A model generated the notes under the pieces. The model was not told the DNA's origin. It saw only the letters and a program-made list of their open reading frames with translations, and made no database searches. A stretch of DNA of 64,000 nucleotides from positions 3,000,511-3,064,510 of the forward strand of contig OZ244160.1 in NCBI GenBank assembly GCA_965216325.1, read 5' to 3'. Both the position numbers and the translations under genes were made by a program. Positions 53,733 through 63,612 of this stretch are shown in pieces; the first letter of the stretch is position 1; the number at the start of each line of letters is the position of its first letter. Source of the stretch: Coraliomargarita sp. GTDB lineage: Bacteria > Verrucomicrobiota > Verrucomicrobiia > Opitutales > Coraliomargaritaceae.

Positions 53733-54620
53733 TTAGTCGACTTCCTTGGGGTCGAGTGCGTCGCGGAGGCCGTCGCCGATAAAGTTAAGCGAGAAGATGG
53801 TCAGCGAGAAGAAGATCGCCGGGAAGATTAGCAGCCATGGATAGATGTCGATCTTGTCCGCGCCTGCGTTGATCAGGATGCCCCACGAGCTCATTGGGGG
53901 CTGCACGCCAAGGCCAAGAAAGCTCAGAATCGATTCCAACAGTATGACTGCAGGAATAGTGAGGGTTGTATAGACGATGACTGGGCCCATCAGGTTGGGC
54001 AGGATATGCTTGATCAAGATGTGGGGATGGCTGGCGCCAACGACCTGTGCCGCATCAATGTAGGTGTGTTTGCGCAGTGCACGGGTTTGCCCACGCACAA
54101 TACGTGCCATGGTCAGCCATTCGACTAAGCCAATGGCCATGAAGATCAGAAAGATACTCTTCTTGTCGAAGGTCACGGTCAGGATGATCACGATCATCGT
54201 GAAGGGCAGGGCATAGATGGCATCGACGATGCGCATCATAATCGCTTCGGTCTTGCCGCCGATATAGCCGGCGAGTGAACCATAGCTGACGCCAATGATC
54301 AGTGCGACCAGCGTTGCCGCAAAGCCCACACCGATTGAGATTTGTCCACCAGTGAGGATGCGGACAAAGAGGTCGCGGCCGAGGTCGTCGGTGCCGAACC
54401 AGTGCTTGGCTGAGGGTGGCTGAGCCCCGTAGGCGAGGTCTTGTTGCTCAAAACTGTAACTGCTCAACAGTGGGCCGAAGATGCATAGCAGGGTGATGCT
54501 CAGGAAGAGCACGCCACCGATTTGGGCCATGCGATTGCGCTTCAAGCGCAACCATGCGTCTTGTCCCAGTGAGGTGCCGCCGACTTGCACAGCAGCAGAT
54601 TCGCGGCGTTGCTTAATCAT
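53733..54620 (-). CDS. oppC: Oligopeptide ABC transporter permease
   Basis: HWFGTDDLGRD, ARIVRGQ, YIDAAQVVGAS, ESILSFLGLG, GDGLRDALDP. Confidence 0.93.
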   Translation of the reverse strand: MIKQRRESAAVQVGGTSLGQDAWLRLKRNRMAQIGGVLFLSITLLCIFGPLLSSYSFEQQDLAYGAQPPSAKHWFGTDDLGRDLFVRILTGGQISIGVGFAATLVALIIGVSYGSLAGYIGGKTEAIMMRIVDAIYALPFTMIVIILTVTFDKKSIFLIFMAIGLVEWLTMARIVRGQTRALRKHTYIDAAQVVGASHPHILIKHILPNLMGPVIVYTTLTIPAVILLESILSFLGLGVQPPMSSWGILINAGADKIDIYPWLLIFPAIFFSLTIFSLNFIGDGLRDALDPKEVD

Positions 54621-55530
54621 GACGGGTGCGTGGGTTCATCCACATTTGAATGAGATCGACGAGCAGGTTGAAGACGATGATCAGCGTCGCATAGAACAGC
54701 ACGGTGCCCATGACCATCGGGTAGTCGCGGTTGAGTGCTGCGTTGACAAAGAAAGGGCCAAGCCCGGGGATGAAGAAAATGGTTTCGACGACAAAGGAGC
54801 CGCTGATGAGACCTGCGGCTGCTGGACCGATGTATGCAACCACTGGATACAGTGCGGTGCGCAAGGCATGGCGAAGTATCACGATACGCTCCTTGAGTCC
54901 TTTTGCACGTGCGGTGCGGATATAGTCGTTGCGCAGCACATCCAGCATGCCACTGCGCGCGAGGCGCGCGACGTAGGCCGCATACATGAGCCCGAGCGTA
55001 ATTGCGGGCAGCACCCGATCCGCAGCGTAGCTCCAACCCAAGGGGTTGAACCAGCCCAGATTGAGGCTGAAGAGTAACAGCAAAATGGGCCCAATCACAA
55101 AAGAGGGCAGGCAAATCCCCGTCATCGCAACTGCCATGAGTCCGGTTTCGGAAGGCTTGCCATGACGCACGGCGGCGAGGGTGCCGATGGGAATACCAAT
55201 CGCGAGTGCGATGAGTAACGCCCAAATTCCGAGCTCAAGGGAGACCGGAAAGGCTTGAGCAATGACTTCATCCACGTCCCAGCCCGGATATTTATAAGAT
55301 GGGCCCAGATCGCCTTTGAAGAGTTTCAAGAAGAACTGGCCGTATTGGACGATTAGCGGGTCATTCAGCCCATAGTGCGCTTCGATGCGTTCTTTGATTT
55401 CGGGTGGAATTGGTTTCTCGTCGTCAAAGGGGCCGCCCGGAGCCAAACGCAGCAGGATAAAGGTCGCCGTCGCCACGACCCACAATGTGGGGATCGCTTG
55501 TAGGAGTCGTCTGGCGATAAGGCTAAGCAT
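54613..55530 (-). CDS. oppB: Oligopeptide ABC transporter permease
   Basis: APGGPF, GDLGPS, DYIRTARAKGL, NRDYP. Confidence 0.93.
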   Translation of the reverse strand: MLSLIARRLLQAIPTLWVVATATFILLRLAPGGPFDDEKPIPPEIKERIEAHYGLNDPLIVQYGQFFLKLFKGDLGPSYKYPGWDVDEVIAQAFPVSLELGIWALLIALAIGIPIGTLAAVRHGKPSETGLMAVAMTGICLPSFVIGPILLLLFSLNLGWFNPLGWSYAADRVLPAITLGLMYAAYVARLARSGMLDVLRNDYIRTARAKGLKERIVILRHALRTALYPVVAYIGPAAAGLISGSFVVETIFFIPGLGPFFVNAALNRDYPMVMGTVLFYATLIIVFNLLVDLIQMWMNPRTRHD

Positions 55531-55576
55531 GAGAGGAACATCGAACGTATAACATCGAACGTCGAAGCATGAATCA

Positions 55577-57205
55577 TTATGGCTCTAGATGAATGGCTTG
55601 ATAGGGGTGGTTTTCGAGGAGACTCGGATACCAGCCTTTGACTGCGGGATCAATCAGGCGTCGTGTGACATAAAAATAGATCGGGATGATTGGCATTTCA
55701 TCGAGTAGGATGGCTTCCGCTTGTTGGAACAGTTGCATGCGCGCTGCGGGGTCCTGTTCATTGGCAGCTTGCTGGATGAGTGCATCATAGTCGGCATTGC
55801 TCCAGTTCGTGTGATTGTTGCCGTTGTCGGTTTCGCCAAGGCTAAGGAAGGTGTTTGGGTCATTGTAATCACCAAACCATGCGGCGCGCAGGATATCGAA
55901 TTCGCCGGATTGGCGAGTGGAGAGGTAGGCCTTCCACTCTTGATTGTGGAGCTCGATGTCGATGCCCAACTCCTTCTTCCAGATCTGCTGGATGGCGACG
56001 GCGATGATACGATGGTCCTCGCTGGTGTTGTAGAGCAGTTCAAATTTTGGAAAGCCTTTGCCCTCAGGATAACCCGCCTGCGCAAGTAGTTCGCGCGCCA
56101 GACCCGGATCGTAAGGGAAGCGTGCTTCCGTAGTGAAGCCGCCAGTATTGGGCGGAGTGAAATGGTAGGCGGGTTGTTGACCGGCTTTGAGTATGTGCTC
56201 GGTGATTTGCTCGCGGTTGATACAATAAGCCAATGCTTTACGCACACGGACATCGTTGAGGCCCTCGTGGGCGGTGTTGAGCATGTAGTAGTAGACACCC
56301 AATGCGGTGTCGAAATGGATCAGGTCCGGCTTCTGTTCCTTATACCAATCAATCCGGTGTGTCGGCACCGTTTCAGTGATATGAAGCTGGTTGGCGCGGA
56401 AGGCCCGCTCCTCGGTCGAAATATTATAGGGCAGGAAATGGATGCCCTTGAGTTGGGTGTTGGCAGCATCGCGGTAGTGCGGGTTTTTCACGGCATGGAT
56501 GCCATTGTTGAGTCGCCAGCGATTGAGCATAAAGGGGCCGTTGCCAACATAGTTGCCGGCTTTGGTCCATTTCGAGATGCGCTCGGTCATGCTGCCATGC
56601 TTGAGGATCGTCGGTGGATGGACGGGCCACCAGGTGTTGTGCGAGAGCAGACTGAGAAAGTAGGGCGTGGGTTTTTCCAGCTCGATGATCAGGGTTTGTT
56701 CGTTGGGTGCGGAGACTCCCACCTCGGCAAAGTCGTTGAGCTCACCTTTGTGGAAGGCCTTGGCCCCACGCACATTGTAGAGCATGTAGGCATAGGGCGC
56801 GGCAAGCTCAGGGGTGAGGATGCGTTCGATCGAGAACGCAAAATCCTGTGGGGTCACGGCATCGCCATTCGACCAGCGCGCGTTTGGGTCGAACTGAAAG
56901 GTGTAACGCAAGCCGTCCTCTGAAATGGTCCAAGACTTGGCTACGCCGGGCTGCACCTCCATTGTTTCCGGATGAAGCGTGGTTAAGCCTTCGAGTAAGG
57001 CTAGCATAATTGAATATTCAGTCAGGCCCGTCGTTAAGTGTGGATCCAAGGCCGATGGTTCGGCACCGATGCCAATATAGAGCTCTTGCTCCTGATTGCC
57101 GCGTTCGACATTAGTCGCCTGTTGACCACAGCCACCCAATAGAGCCATTAGGGCACAGCCGATGAGGGCAATAGGGAAGAGTCTGTGGAGTGGCGAACCT
57201 TGCAT
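55577..57205 (-). CDS. oppA: Oligopeptide ABC transporter substrate-binding lipoprotein
   Basis: Lipobox LGGC, PGVAKSW..SEDGLRYTF, WSNGD, GNGPF, WFGDYNDP. Confidence 0.92.
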   Translation of the reverse strand: MQGSPLHRLFPIALIGCALMALLGGCGQQATNVERGNQEQELYIGIGAEPSALDPHLTTGLTEYSIMLALLEGLTTLHPETMEVQPGVAKSWTISEDGLRYTFQFDPNARWSNGDAVTPQDFAFSIERILTPELAAPYAYMLYNVRGAKAFHKGELNDFAEVGVSAPNEQTLIIELEKPTPYFLSLLSHNTWWPVHPPTILKHGSMTERISKWTKAGNYVGNGPFMLNRWRLNNGIHAVKNPHYRDAANTQLKGIHFLPYNISTEERAFRANQLHITETVPTHRIDWYKEQKPDLIHFDTALGVYYYMLNTAHEGLNDVRVRKALAYCINREQITEHILKAGQQPAYHFTPPNTGGFTTEARFPYDPGLARELLAQAGYPEGKGFPKFELLYNTSEDHRIIAVAIQQIWKKELGIDIELHNQEWKAYLSTRQSGEFDILRAAWFGDYNDPNTFLSLGETDNGNNHTNWSNADYDALIQQAANEQDPAARMQLFQQAEAILLDEMPIIPIYFYVTRRLIDPAVKGWYPSLLENHPYQAIHLEP

Positions 57206-57304
57206 GCTTACGCGTTATGCGATATGCAAAGAGCTGCCCTGAGGAAAGTGGAAAGTTTGAGTTTTTGTTACCACTGGGACTTCGCAGTTAAAGTTGCCTG
57301 GCAA

Positions 57305-57679
57305 TTACTCGCCCGACTTGACCCACTGCATGGCTTCGTCGAAATCTTCAAAGGTGTGAGTTTTCCAGTGAGAATCGGGAGCTTGGCGTGAGTAGGTGTC
57401 GTTCATGCGGACGCCTTCCGGTCCGCGGGTGACGACTGCCACACGAATGCGCGGGTTGGTTAAAGCTGCCGCACGATCCAGGTGCGCGATCTTGCGCATG
57501 TGGTGATCCTCAACCACGTAGTCTTCAACTTGCCGAAGGTCGACAATTTGGTAGCGTAGTTTGTCGAAGCGCTCATCGCCATAGATATCCATATTGGATT
57601 GGAGCAATTCATCACCGGTCAGACGGCCGGTGTAGGTCCAGATGACAGTATCCGCGTTCCATTCAATTTGATAGGGCAT
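57305..57679 (-). CDS. Hypothetical protein (SpoIIAA/STAS-like)
   Basis: 124 aa; IVDLR, RVAVVT, FEDFDEAMQWV pattern. Confidence 0.6.
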   Translation of the reverse strand: MPYQIEWNADTVIWTYTGRLTGDELLQSNMDIYGDERFDKLRYQIVDLRQVEDYVVEDHHMRKIAHLDRAAALTNPRIRVAVVTRGPEGVRMNDTYSRQAPDSHWKTHTFEDFDEAMQWVKSGE

Positions 57680-57709
57680 GCTAGGTGAATCGTGTGTAAT
57701 AATGGGAAC

Positions 57710-58735
57710 TTACCAGAGCTGCGGGCTCACCCAAGTACGTAAGGTGTCACGGGCGTCGAATTCCATTTCGGGGGTAAAGTCGATACCGGTTGCTGCCTCG
57801 ATTGCGCCGATACTGCTAATGTAGTTTTCGAGGCGGGTGTTGGTTGCGTCGTTGGGCACGACAAAGGCTATGGCCCTCAAACCACCGGATTCGGTTAGGT
57901 TGTAGGCGATTGCGTAATACTGCACCGGAATCTTGAGTTTACTTGGCAGAATCAGCGAATCTTGGTTGTAGATCGGGCCAGTATAGACCCAGACCTCGCC
58001 AAAACGCATGGGGTAGTTCACGAATAATTCTTGGGAGAGTTCCTGCCACACTCCGGATGCAAATTCAGCACGCATTGGGCTCAGTTGGGTGCTGAGCATC
58101 GCTTCGTTACTGCCGGTCTGCCCAAATTCAGCCGCTACGAACTGAGGTGGGGCGAGCGGGCGAGCGGTCCATTGCCTGTAGTTGAGGTGGCTTGCGCTCA
58201 GCTGGGGGACTCGTGGGTCATCGTAGGCTTGTGTCGAAGGGCTGATGCTTTGATCGCCTTCGCCAGTCAAGTGATAGGCCAGGCAGAGGCTGCTACGTAG
58301 TGCCGGACTGAATACATTCACACTGGTTTTGTTGTTCAGCAGGCGAACCGGAGTGCGGCTTAACGGCACGCCAGCCAGCAGCGGGCTCCCTTCATGTCCC
58401 AGCTCGCCACCATCCACGATGAGGCCCTCGCTATGGGGGACCGCGTCATAGACGGCATCCAGACCTCCCTCAATGAAGCCCGGCCATTCCACGCTGGAAC
58501 GGAGCTTATTCAGTAGGGCACTGGCGTTTTGCTCCATCTTGCCACGCACGCCGTAGGAGCCAAAGAAATAGGTGAGCCCGAGTGCGACGGCTAGCAATAG
58601 AGTCACTAGACTACAGCGTTTCATGAACTTGGCGAAGCCGCCACCGGACTGCTGCTTGCGGGATCTGCTACGCTGCGGAGTCGCACGCTTTTTGCGTGGT
58701 GCTGCTTTCTTCGTCGCTCGCTTCTTGGGTGCCAT
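57710..58735 (-). CDS. DNA/RNA non-specific endonuclease (NucA/EndA) fold protein, active site degenerate
   Basis: DDPRVP, LAP, SPM, GVWQEL, VWVYTGPIY, KIPVQYY, AFVVPN, IEAATGIDF; basic N-terminus plus TM. Confidence 0.8.
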   Translation of the reverse strand: MAPKKRATKKAAPRKKRATPQRSRSRKQQSGGGFAKFMKRCSLVTLLLAVALGLTYFFGSYGVRGKMEQNASALLNKLRSSVEWPGFIEGGLDAVYDAVPHSEGLIVDGGELGHEGSPLLAGVPLSRTPVRLLNNKTSVNVFSPALRSSLCLAYHLTGEGDQSISPSTQAYDDPRVPQLSASHLNYRQWTARPLAPPQFVAAEFGQTGSNEAMLSTQLSPMRAEFASGVWQELSQELFVNYPMRFGEVWVYTGPIYNQDSLILPSKLKIPVQYYAIAYNLTESGGLRAIAFVVPNDATNTRLENYISSIGAIEAATGIDFTPEMEFDARDTLRTWVSPQLW

Positions 58736-58816
58736 TCCGCACGAGCAAAGACCATCGGTCTGACTTATTCAACCCAATCCGAAAAACAGTTACCGTGACG
58801 CTGTAATTCGAGGGTC

Positions 58817-59449
58817 TTAGTGGTCGAGATCGAGCTTCTTCAATTTCGGCGCGATCACCATCTGGCAATAGGGCGCACGGCCGTTGAGACGGTAGTAGTC
58901 TTGGTGATAGTCTTCGGCCGGGTAGAAGGTCGAGGCCTCGGTAATTTCGGTGACGATTGGATCGCTGAAATAGGCTTGGGCTGCCTTTTTCGACGCCTCA
59001 GCCGTATCACGTTGTGAGTCGTTGTGGTAGAAGACCACGGAGCGGTATTGTGTGCCGATATCGGCACCTTGGCGGTTCAGTGTGGTCGGGTTGTGGGATT
59101 TCCACAGCCATTCGAGCAGAGTGTCGAAGCTAATGATTGAAGGATCGTAGTGGATCTGGGTGACCTCGGCGTGATCGGTGCGGCCGGTGCAAATCTGCTT
59201 ATAGCTGGGGTTTTCCGTTTCGCCGCCCATGTAGCCCGAGACGACGGAGTGCACGCCGTCGAGTTGCTCAAACACGGCTTCGACGCACCAGAAGCAGCCA
59301 GCGCCAAAGGTTGCGGTTTCCAGATTTTCGGTGTCGATTTCGCTCATAGTGCTGGTTTTCGGGGTGCTGGTTGTGGCCGGCTCTTTGGCGCAGGCGGAGA
59401 GTGCGGCAAGTGACAGGATCAGTAGAGGGATGCGTAGAAATGTGTGCAT
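58817..59449 (-). CDS. msrA: Peptide-methionine (S)-S-oxide reductase, with lipoprotein-like signal
   Basis: GAGCFWC, SGYMGG, HNPTTLNRQGADIGTQYRS, AEDYHQDYY; lipobox LSAC. Confidence 0.95.
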   Translation of the reverse strand: MHTFLRIPLLILSLAALSACAKEPATTSTPKTSTMSEIDTENLETATFGAGCFWCVEAVFEQLDGVHSVVSGYMGGETENPSYKQICTGRTDHAEVTQIHYDPSIISFDTLLEWLWKSHNPTTLNRQGADIGTQYRSVVFYHNDSQRDTAEASKKAAQAYFSDPIVTEITEASTFYPAEDYHQDYYRLNGRAPYCQMVIAPKLKKLDLDH

Positions 59450-59558
59450 AATACCTGTTTTGAGCCGCTGGTTGATGAATTATTCCATTGCTGTATTCGA
59501 ATCACTCAATCGATCCGCTGAGGAAAAGATTACTATGAAAGGCCCGAAAAACGAGATT

Positions 59559-59699
59559 GTAGGGGCGTTGCTTGCCGTTTCTACAGGCTCAAGGCCCTGA
59601 GTCTACCGAGGGGCAACGCCCGCTGTAAAGAAGCGATTCTGCTGAGCGGGCTCTGCTATTCGGTCTGAGCTCATGGTCGAAGACGAGCGAAGCCCCTAC
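59559..59699. repeat. GTAGGGG REP doublet with inserts in both halves
   Basis: gtaggggcgttgcttgc[59576-59614]aacgcccgc ... gcgggctctgc[59657-59684]gagcgaagcccctac. Confidence 0.85.
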
Positions 59700-59715
59700 G
59701 CCTTGGCTCTCAGCG

Positions 59716-59988
59716 CTACAGTGTAATCACGCCTTTGATGTGTGAGACACGATTGTAGAGGCTCAACACGTGATCGGCGGATTCGACGTGCATCTCCATC
59801 GTATATGAGATGTAACGACCGCTCTTGGAGGGGCGCTCGCTGACGGGATCGTCGGCAAACAGGCCGAGAACTTCCTCAGTCTTATCGACGGGCACAATAA
59901 ACTTAAAGGTGTAGTAGCAGGGCCACTCGTGGTTGTCGTTCAGTGCCGACTTAAATGATTCGATCGTCTTTTCCTTATCCTCTGACAT
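59716..59988 (-). CDS. DUF493/YbeD-family protein
   Basis: HEWPCYYTFKFIVP, RPSKSGRYISYT. Confidence 0.88.
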   Translation of the reverse strand: MSEDKEKTIESFKSALNDNHEWPCYYTFKFIVPVDKTEEVLGLFADDPVSERPSKSGRYISYTMEMHVESADHVLSLYNRVSHIKGVITL

Positions 59989-60111
59989 TCCCCCGACTGT
60001 AGCCAGCGAGCGGCGTCTGTCTAGCGCTTACATCTTTTTGGAGGTCGCGTGACTTCTTTCTGGTTACACAACGGAGTTGAAAACACTCTGTCTGAGTATT
60101 CTTAGACTGAT

Positions 60112-60774
60112 CTAATTATCAATCTTGACGTAGCCGCTTGAGTCAAAAAGCCGCTCGATCTCGTTCGCTGAGAGGGCATGTGTGTAGAACCTTAGATCAT
60201 CAATGACTCCAACAAGATTGTCTTCCTTGATGCCTTGATACTTCGTTCCAATCGCGAATGGTTCGTCGTTTAATGCGATGTGCAAGCTGCAGAGCATTTT
60301 TGATTCTTCATCTCCGTTAATGAAAAGTCGGATGAATTCTTTATCATATGTAACGGTGATCATGTTCCAACTGTCGTAGCCAATTGGTTCAGCTGTGAAG
60401 ATATCCTGATAGTTTTCTCCGTCGAAAAATCCTCCAGCGATTTTTCCGTGTTGGGCGTAGAGCCAAAACGAATTACTATTTCCTTTTTCTAAGATGCGCC
60501 CATGTAAGCGATTTTCATATGACTTCACCCATGCAGTGATGGTGAAAGTTTCCAAGCCTCTAGTTTCAGCGTCGAAGAATAAGCCCAATGCGCCATCGAA
60601 TACCAAAGAGCTATCAAAAATACCATCTGTATAGGCAAGGTCACCAATAACAATGGGGTTGATTTGGGTGACTGAATTGGTGACGGAGTGATTAAACTTC
60701 CAATGGTGTGATGGCTTTACCTCTGCCTTTAGTAGCGGGCACAATATTAACAATGGTATGAGATAGAGTTTCAT
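60112..60774 (-). CDS. Secreted LamG/concanavalin A-like domain protein
   Basis: Signal peptide, FTITAWVK, WNMITVTYD, LFING, GVIDDLRFYTHALS. Confidence 0.85.
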   Translation of the reverse strand: MKLYLIPLLILCPLLKAEVKPSHHWKFNHSVTNSVTQINPIVIGDLAYTDGIFDSSLVFDGALGLFFDAETRGLETFTITAWVKSYENRLHGRILEKGNSNSFWLYAQHGKIAGGFFDGENYQDIFTAEPIGYDSWNMITVTYDKEFIRLFINGDEESKMLCSLHIALNDEPFAIGTKYQGIKEDNLVGVIDDLRFYTHALSANEIERLFDSSGYVKIDN

Positions 60775-60930
60775 TTGATTTTATCGGATAACGCTAGGAG
60801 TTAATGACTCCAAACGTAAGTAACACAAGGTAATTGCGTATTTGAATCAGCTGTTGAGGCAATCCTTTACACAAAAAAACGGGCAGCTCCGAAGAGTCTG
60901 CCCGTGGTAAGGATTTAGCCAGTGTATCGG

Positions 60931-62118
60931 CTATTGCGACAGCTTGCTTTGCGGCTCGGGATGCACGGTGCCGGCGGCGGTGGCTTGCAGTTCTGCGATC
61001 TCAGCTTCGGCGGCGGCGACGAGCTCCTGATTGTCCAGTGTTTCAATCTTCAAGGTGGTGGTGCGAGACTCACCGCCGTTGAGGGTGATGACACGTCCTT
61101 GCGCACGCTCGAAGCGGCGTGAGTTTGGATAGTTGGTTGCTGGCTCAAGACCGGTGACATAGCCGTCGGCTTCGCCTGCGGTGTTTTTCCACTGGGTGAA
61201 GCAGGGGAAGTCTTCGATCTTGTAACGCAGCAGCGAGGCTTGATCACCGGCGGCGTTGCGCAGCATCGCCATGGTCTCGTTGTCCTCTCCTTTACCGACC
61301 TGCTCGTAGAGATAAGCTTGTTCCACGAAGCCGATTTGTGGTGCGCCATACAGGCCGAAGGTATCGATGCCTTCCTGCGAACGTGGGTCGCGGGGCGCAA
61401 CTTGCTTGAACGGAGTGACCAAACGGGAGCCTTCTTCAAGGAGGCTCGGGCCGTAGTTGATGTGATACAGCATCTCATGTTCCTGCGGATTGTTGCCGAG
61501 GTTGGTGATGGTATCGATGATGGTCATGTTGCCGGTGCCGAGCTCCGTGCGGATCTCCACATTGAGGCGTAGTGGTGGACCGAACATCATGGTCTCATCG
61601 ACTTCGCCCTTCACGATGATGGCTGCGTCCGTGACTTCGACCGAAACGGAGCGGGCAGGGATGTTGGCGATGTTGCCGTGCAAGGTGAGGGGCACGTCAA
61701 ATTCGTTGCCGCTGTAGTCCTTGACGGTGTCCATGCCGGGGGCACCCATGCTGTTGATACCGCAACGCACGAACCATTCGTTGAAGCCCTTTAGCCAACC
61801 GAGGCCACCGCGGTCTTGCAGGTTGACGAAGGCCGGGTTGACGGGGTCCTTGACCGGGGAGTCCCAGGCTAGGCGAACGTCGCCGCATTGGCCTTTCCAG
61901 ATGCCCATGCCGCGGGTTGGCAGAATGGCAAAGGAGAGCTTGCCGTTGTTGACTTCAACCACGTCGACACCTTCCTGCAGGCCGCCGCGTAGTGTGTAGG
62001 ACTTAACCGACCAGTCTGCGCTGGCTCCAAGGCCATCGGTAGCGGCTGCGTTGAGTTCGACTGCTTTGAATGGCTCGGTGGATGCGGGGCTCACCAAGTC
62101 TAATTTGAATGACTTCAT
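60931..62118 (-). CDS. DUF4432 / aldose 1-epimerase-like protein
   Basis: LPTRGMGIW, LHGNIAN, MLYHINYG, YVTGLEPAT. Confidence 0.85.
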   Translation of the reverse strand: MKSFKLDLVSPASTEPFKAVELNAAATDGLGASADWSVKSYTLRGGLQEGVDVVEVNNGKLSFAILPTRGMGIWKGQCGDVRLAWDSPVKDPVNPAFVNLQDRGGLGWLKGFNEWFVRCGINSMGAPGMDTVKDYSGNEFDVPLTLHGNIANIPARSVSVEVTDAAIIVKGEVDETMMFGPPLRLNVEIRTELGTGNMTIIDTITNLGNNPQEHEMLYHINYGPSLLEEGSRLVTPFKQVAPRDPRSQEGIDTFGLYGAPQIGFVEQAYLYEQVGKGEDNETMAMLRNAAGDQASLLRYKIEDFPCFTQWKNTAGEADGYVTGLEPATNYPNSRRFERAQGRVITLNGGESRTTTLKIETLDNQELVAAAEAEIAELQATAAGTVHPEPQSKLSQ

Positions 62119-62135
62119 AATTTTTGGGAGTTGTG

Positions 62136-62224
62136 GTAGCGCGGCACCGTCCCGGTGCGCACCGACGCCGTGTTTGCGACGCATTGTAGGTTTTTCCTGC
62201 GGTGCGAGGACGCACTCGCGCTAC
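62136..62224. repeat. GTAGCGC REP doublet
   Basis: gtagcgcggcaccgtcccggtgcgc ... gcggtgcgaggacgcactcgcgctac. Confidence 0.85.
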
Positions 62225-62251
62225 CTTAATTATATCTGAATCGTTCTTGGC

Positions 62252-63355
62252 TTACTTGTCAGAAGCCTTTTCGAGCTGAGCAATGAGTTGCTCCTTGTTC
62301 GGGCCGGTGCCGTTGGTCACGAAGAACGCGGTGGTGGCATTCGCCAGTGCCAGGCGCTGCTTGATTGGCAGATCGCCGAGCGAGGCACAGATGTAGCCGC
62401 CGTTGAAGCTGTCGCCGGCACCTGCGAGGCGCACGACATTGCTTTGGCGCTCTTGCATGGCAAGGGCTTCGCCCTCGCCGACACGGGAGGCTGCAGCATA
62501 GTCCGGTGTGTGCACGACGAGTTCGTCGAAGCCGATCTTATCTCGGGCGATTGGCAGCGCAGCCATGATCGATTCCGGAGTGGCGTCCTTACACTCAACA
62601 CCGATGCGTGAGCAAAGCTCCATGATCTCGTGGTGGTTGAGGCTGAATGTCATCGGAATCTTGTCATTGTAAGACTTGATCAGTTCCAGTGACTTGATGA
62701 ACGCATCTGCGGACTTCTTCTTGATGTCGGCAAAGTCGAAGAACATGCGCTTGGGTGGAGTCACGGAGGCATCTTCATACTGCTTCATGAAGCCGAGAAA
62801 GAGGTCGTCGAAGTTGGATGTGAGCGACCAGTAGCCGAGGCCGAGGATGTCGACGTCGGTGAAGAGCTCCTTGGTCTTTTCTGCGCCGAAGTGTGTTTCG
62901 AAGTCGGCCCACTTGAGGTTGGAGACACGCCCCAGATCGCTCATGAGTAGCTTGCCGTTTTGGAATTCAAACGCGAGTGTCAGTGCCGGATCACCCAGTG
63001 AGGTGAGGTCGCAGATGTCGACAAACTCATCGTAAGCCGGATCAATCTTGTCTGCACCATAGAGGCCCGGAAGCACTGGCTTGAGGCCGAGGCATGCAGC
63101 GATGCGGCCTGTGTTGATACCAAAGCCACCTTCGCAGCGACGCTTCGGCACAATTTCTACGCCGACGCCACCACCAGCGCGTTCGACGATGAGCTCGCCG
63201 AAGTTCTTCAAATTCTCAATTGCAGAGAATTCAGACGGGCTCGTGCGCTCCTCGACGATCTCGTAAGTTTCATCTACAAAACCGTCACATCCGAGCAGGA
63301 TATTGCCGCTCATGGCGTTAATATAATCGATGTATTCGTTCATTTCTGTGCTCAT
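62252..63355 (-). CDS. PfkB/ribokinase-like carbohydrate kinase
   Basis: GCDGFVD N-terminus, C-terminal AGAGDSFNGG signature. Confidence 0.8.
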   Translation of the reverse strand: MSTEMNEYIDYINAMSGNILLGCDGFVDETYEIVEERTSPSEFSAIENLKNFGELIVERAGGGVGVEIVPKRRCEGGFGINTGRIAACLGLKPVLPGLYGADKIDPAYDEFVDICDLTSLGDPALTLAFEFQNGKLLMSDLGRVSNLKWADFETHFGAEKTKELFTDVDILGLGYWSLTSNFDDLFLGFMKQYEDASVTPPKRMFFDFADIKKKSADAFIKSLELIKSYNDKIPMTFSLNHHEIMELCSRIGVECKDATPESIMAALPIARDKIGFDELVVHTPDYAAASRVGEGEALAMQERQSNVVRLAGAGDSFNGGYICASLGDLPIKQRLALANATTAFFVTNGTGPNKEQLIAQLEKASDK

Positions 63356-63612
63356 AGTTTTTGTCTGGGATTTTATATTTTCTATGCCGGGTTGGGAAAG
63401 TTACGCAAAATCTATTGCATCAGTAATACTTATTTCTGGATTTATTTAATTTCAAGAAACTTATAGTGATTTCGGCAAGAAATGTTGCCTAAATCACTGT
63501 AATTGAGTTCACCTGACAAAGGGATGCTGTAGGCACAAAAAACCTCCGTCCGGCGGCTGTCTGAGGACAAGGCTGCCAGAGGGAGGTTTGAAAGTCGGGG
63601 TCGAGATTCGAC

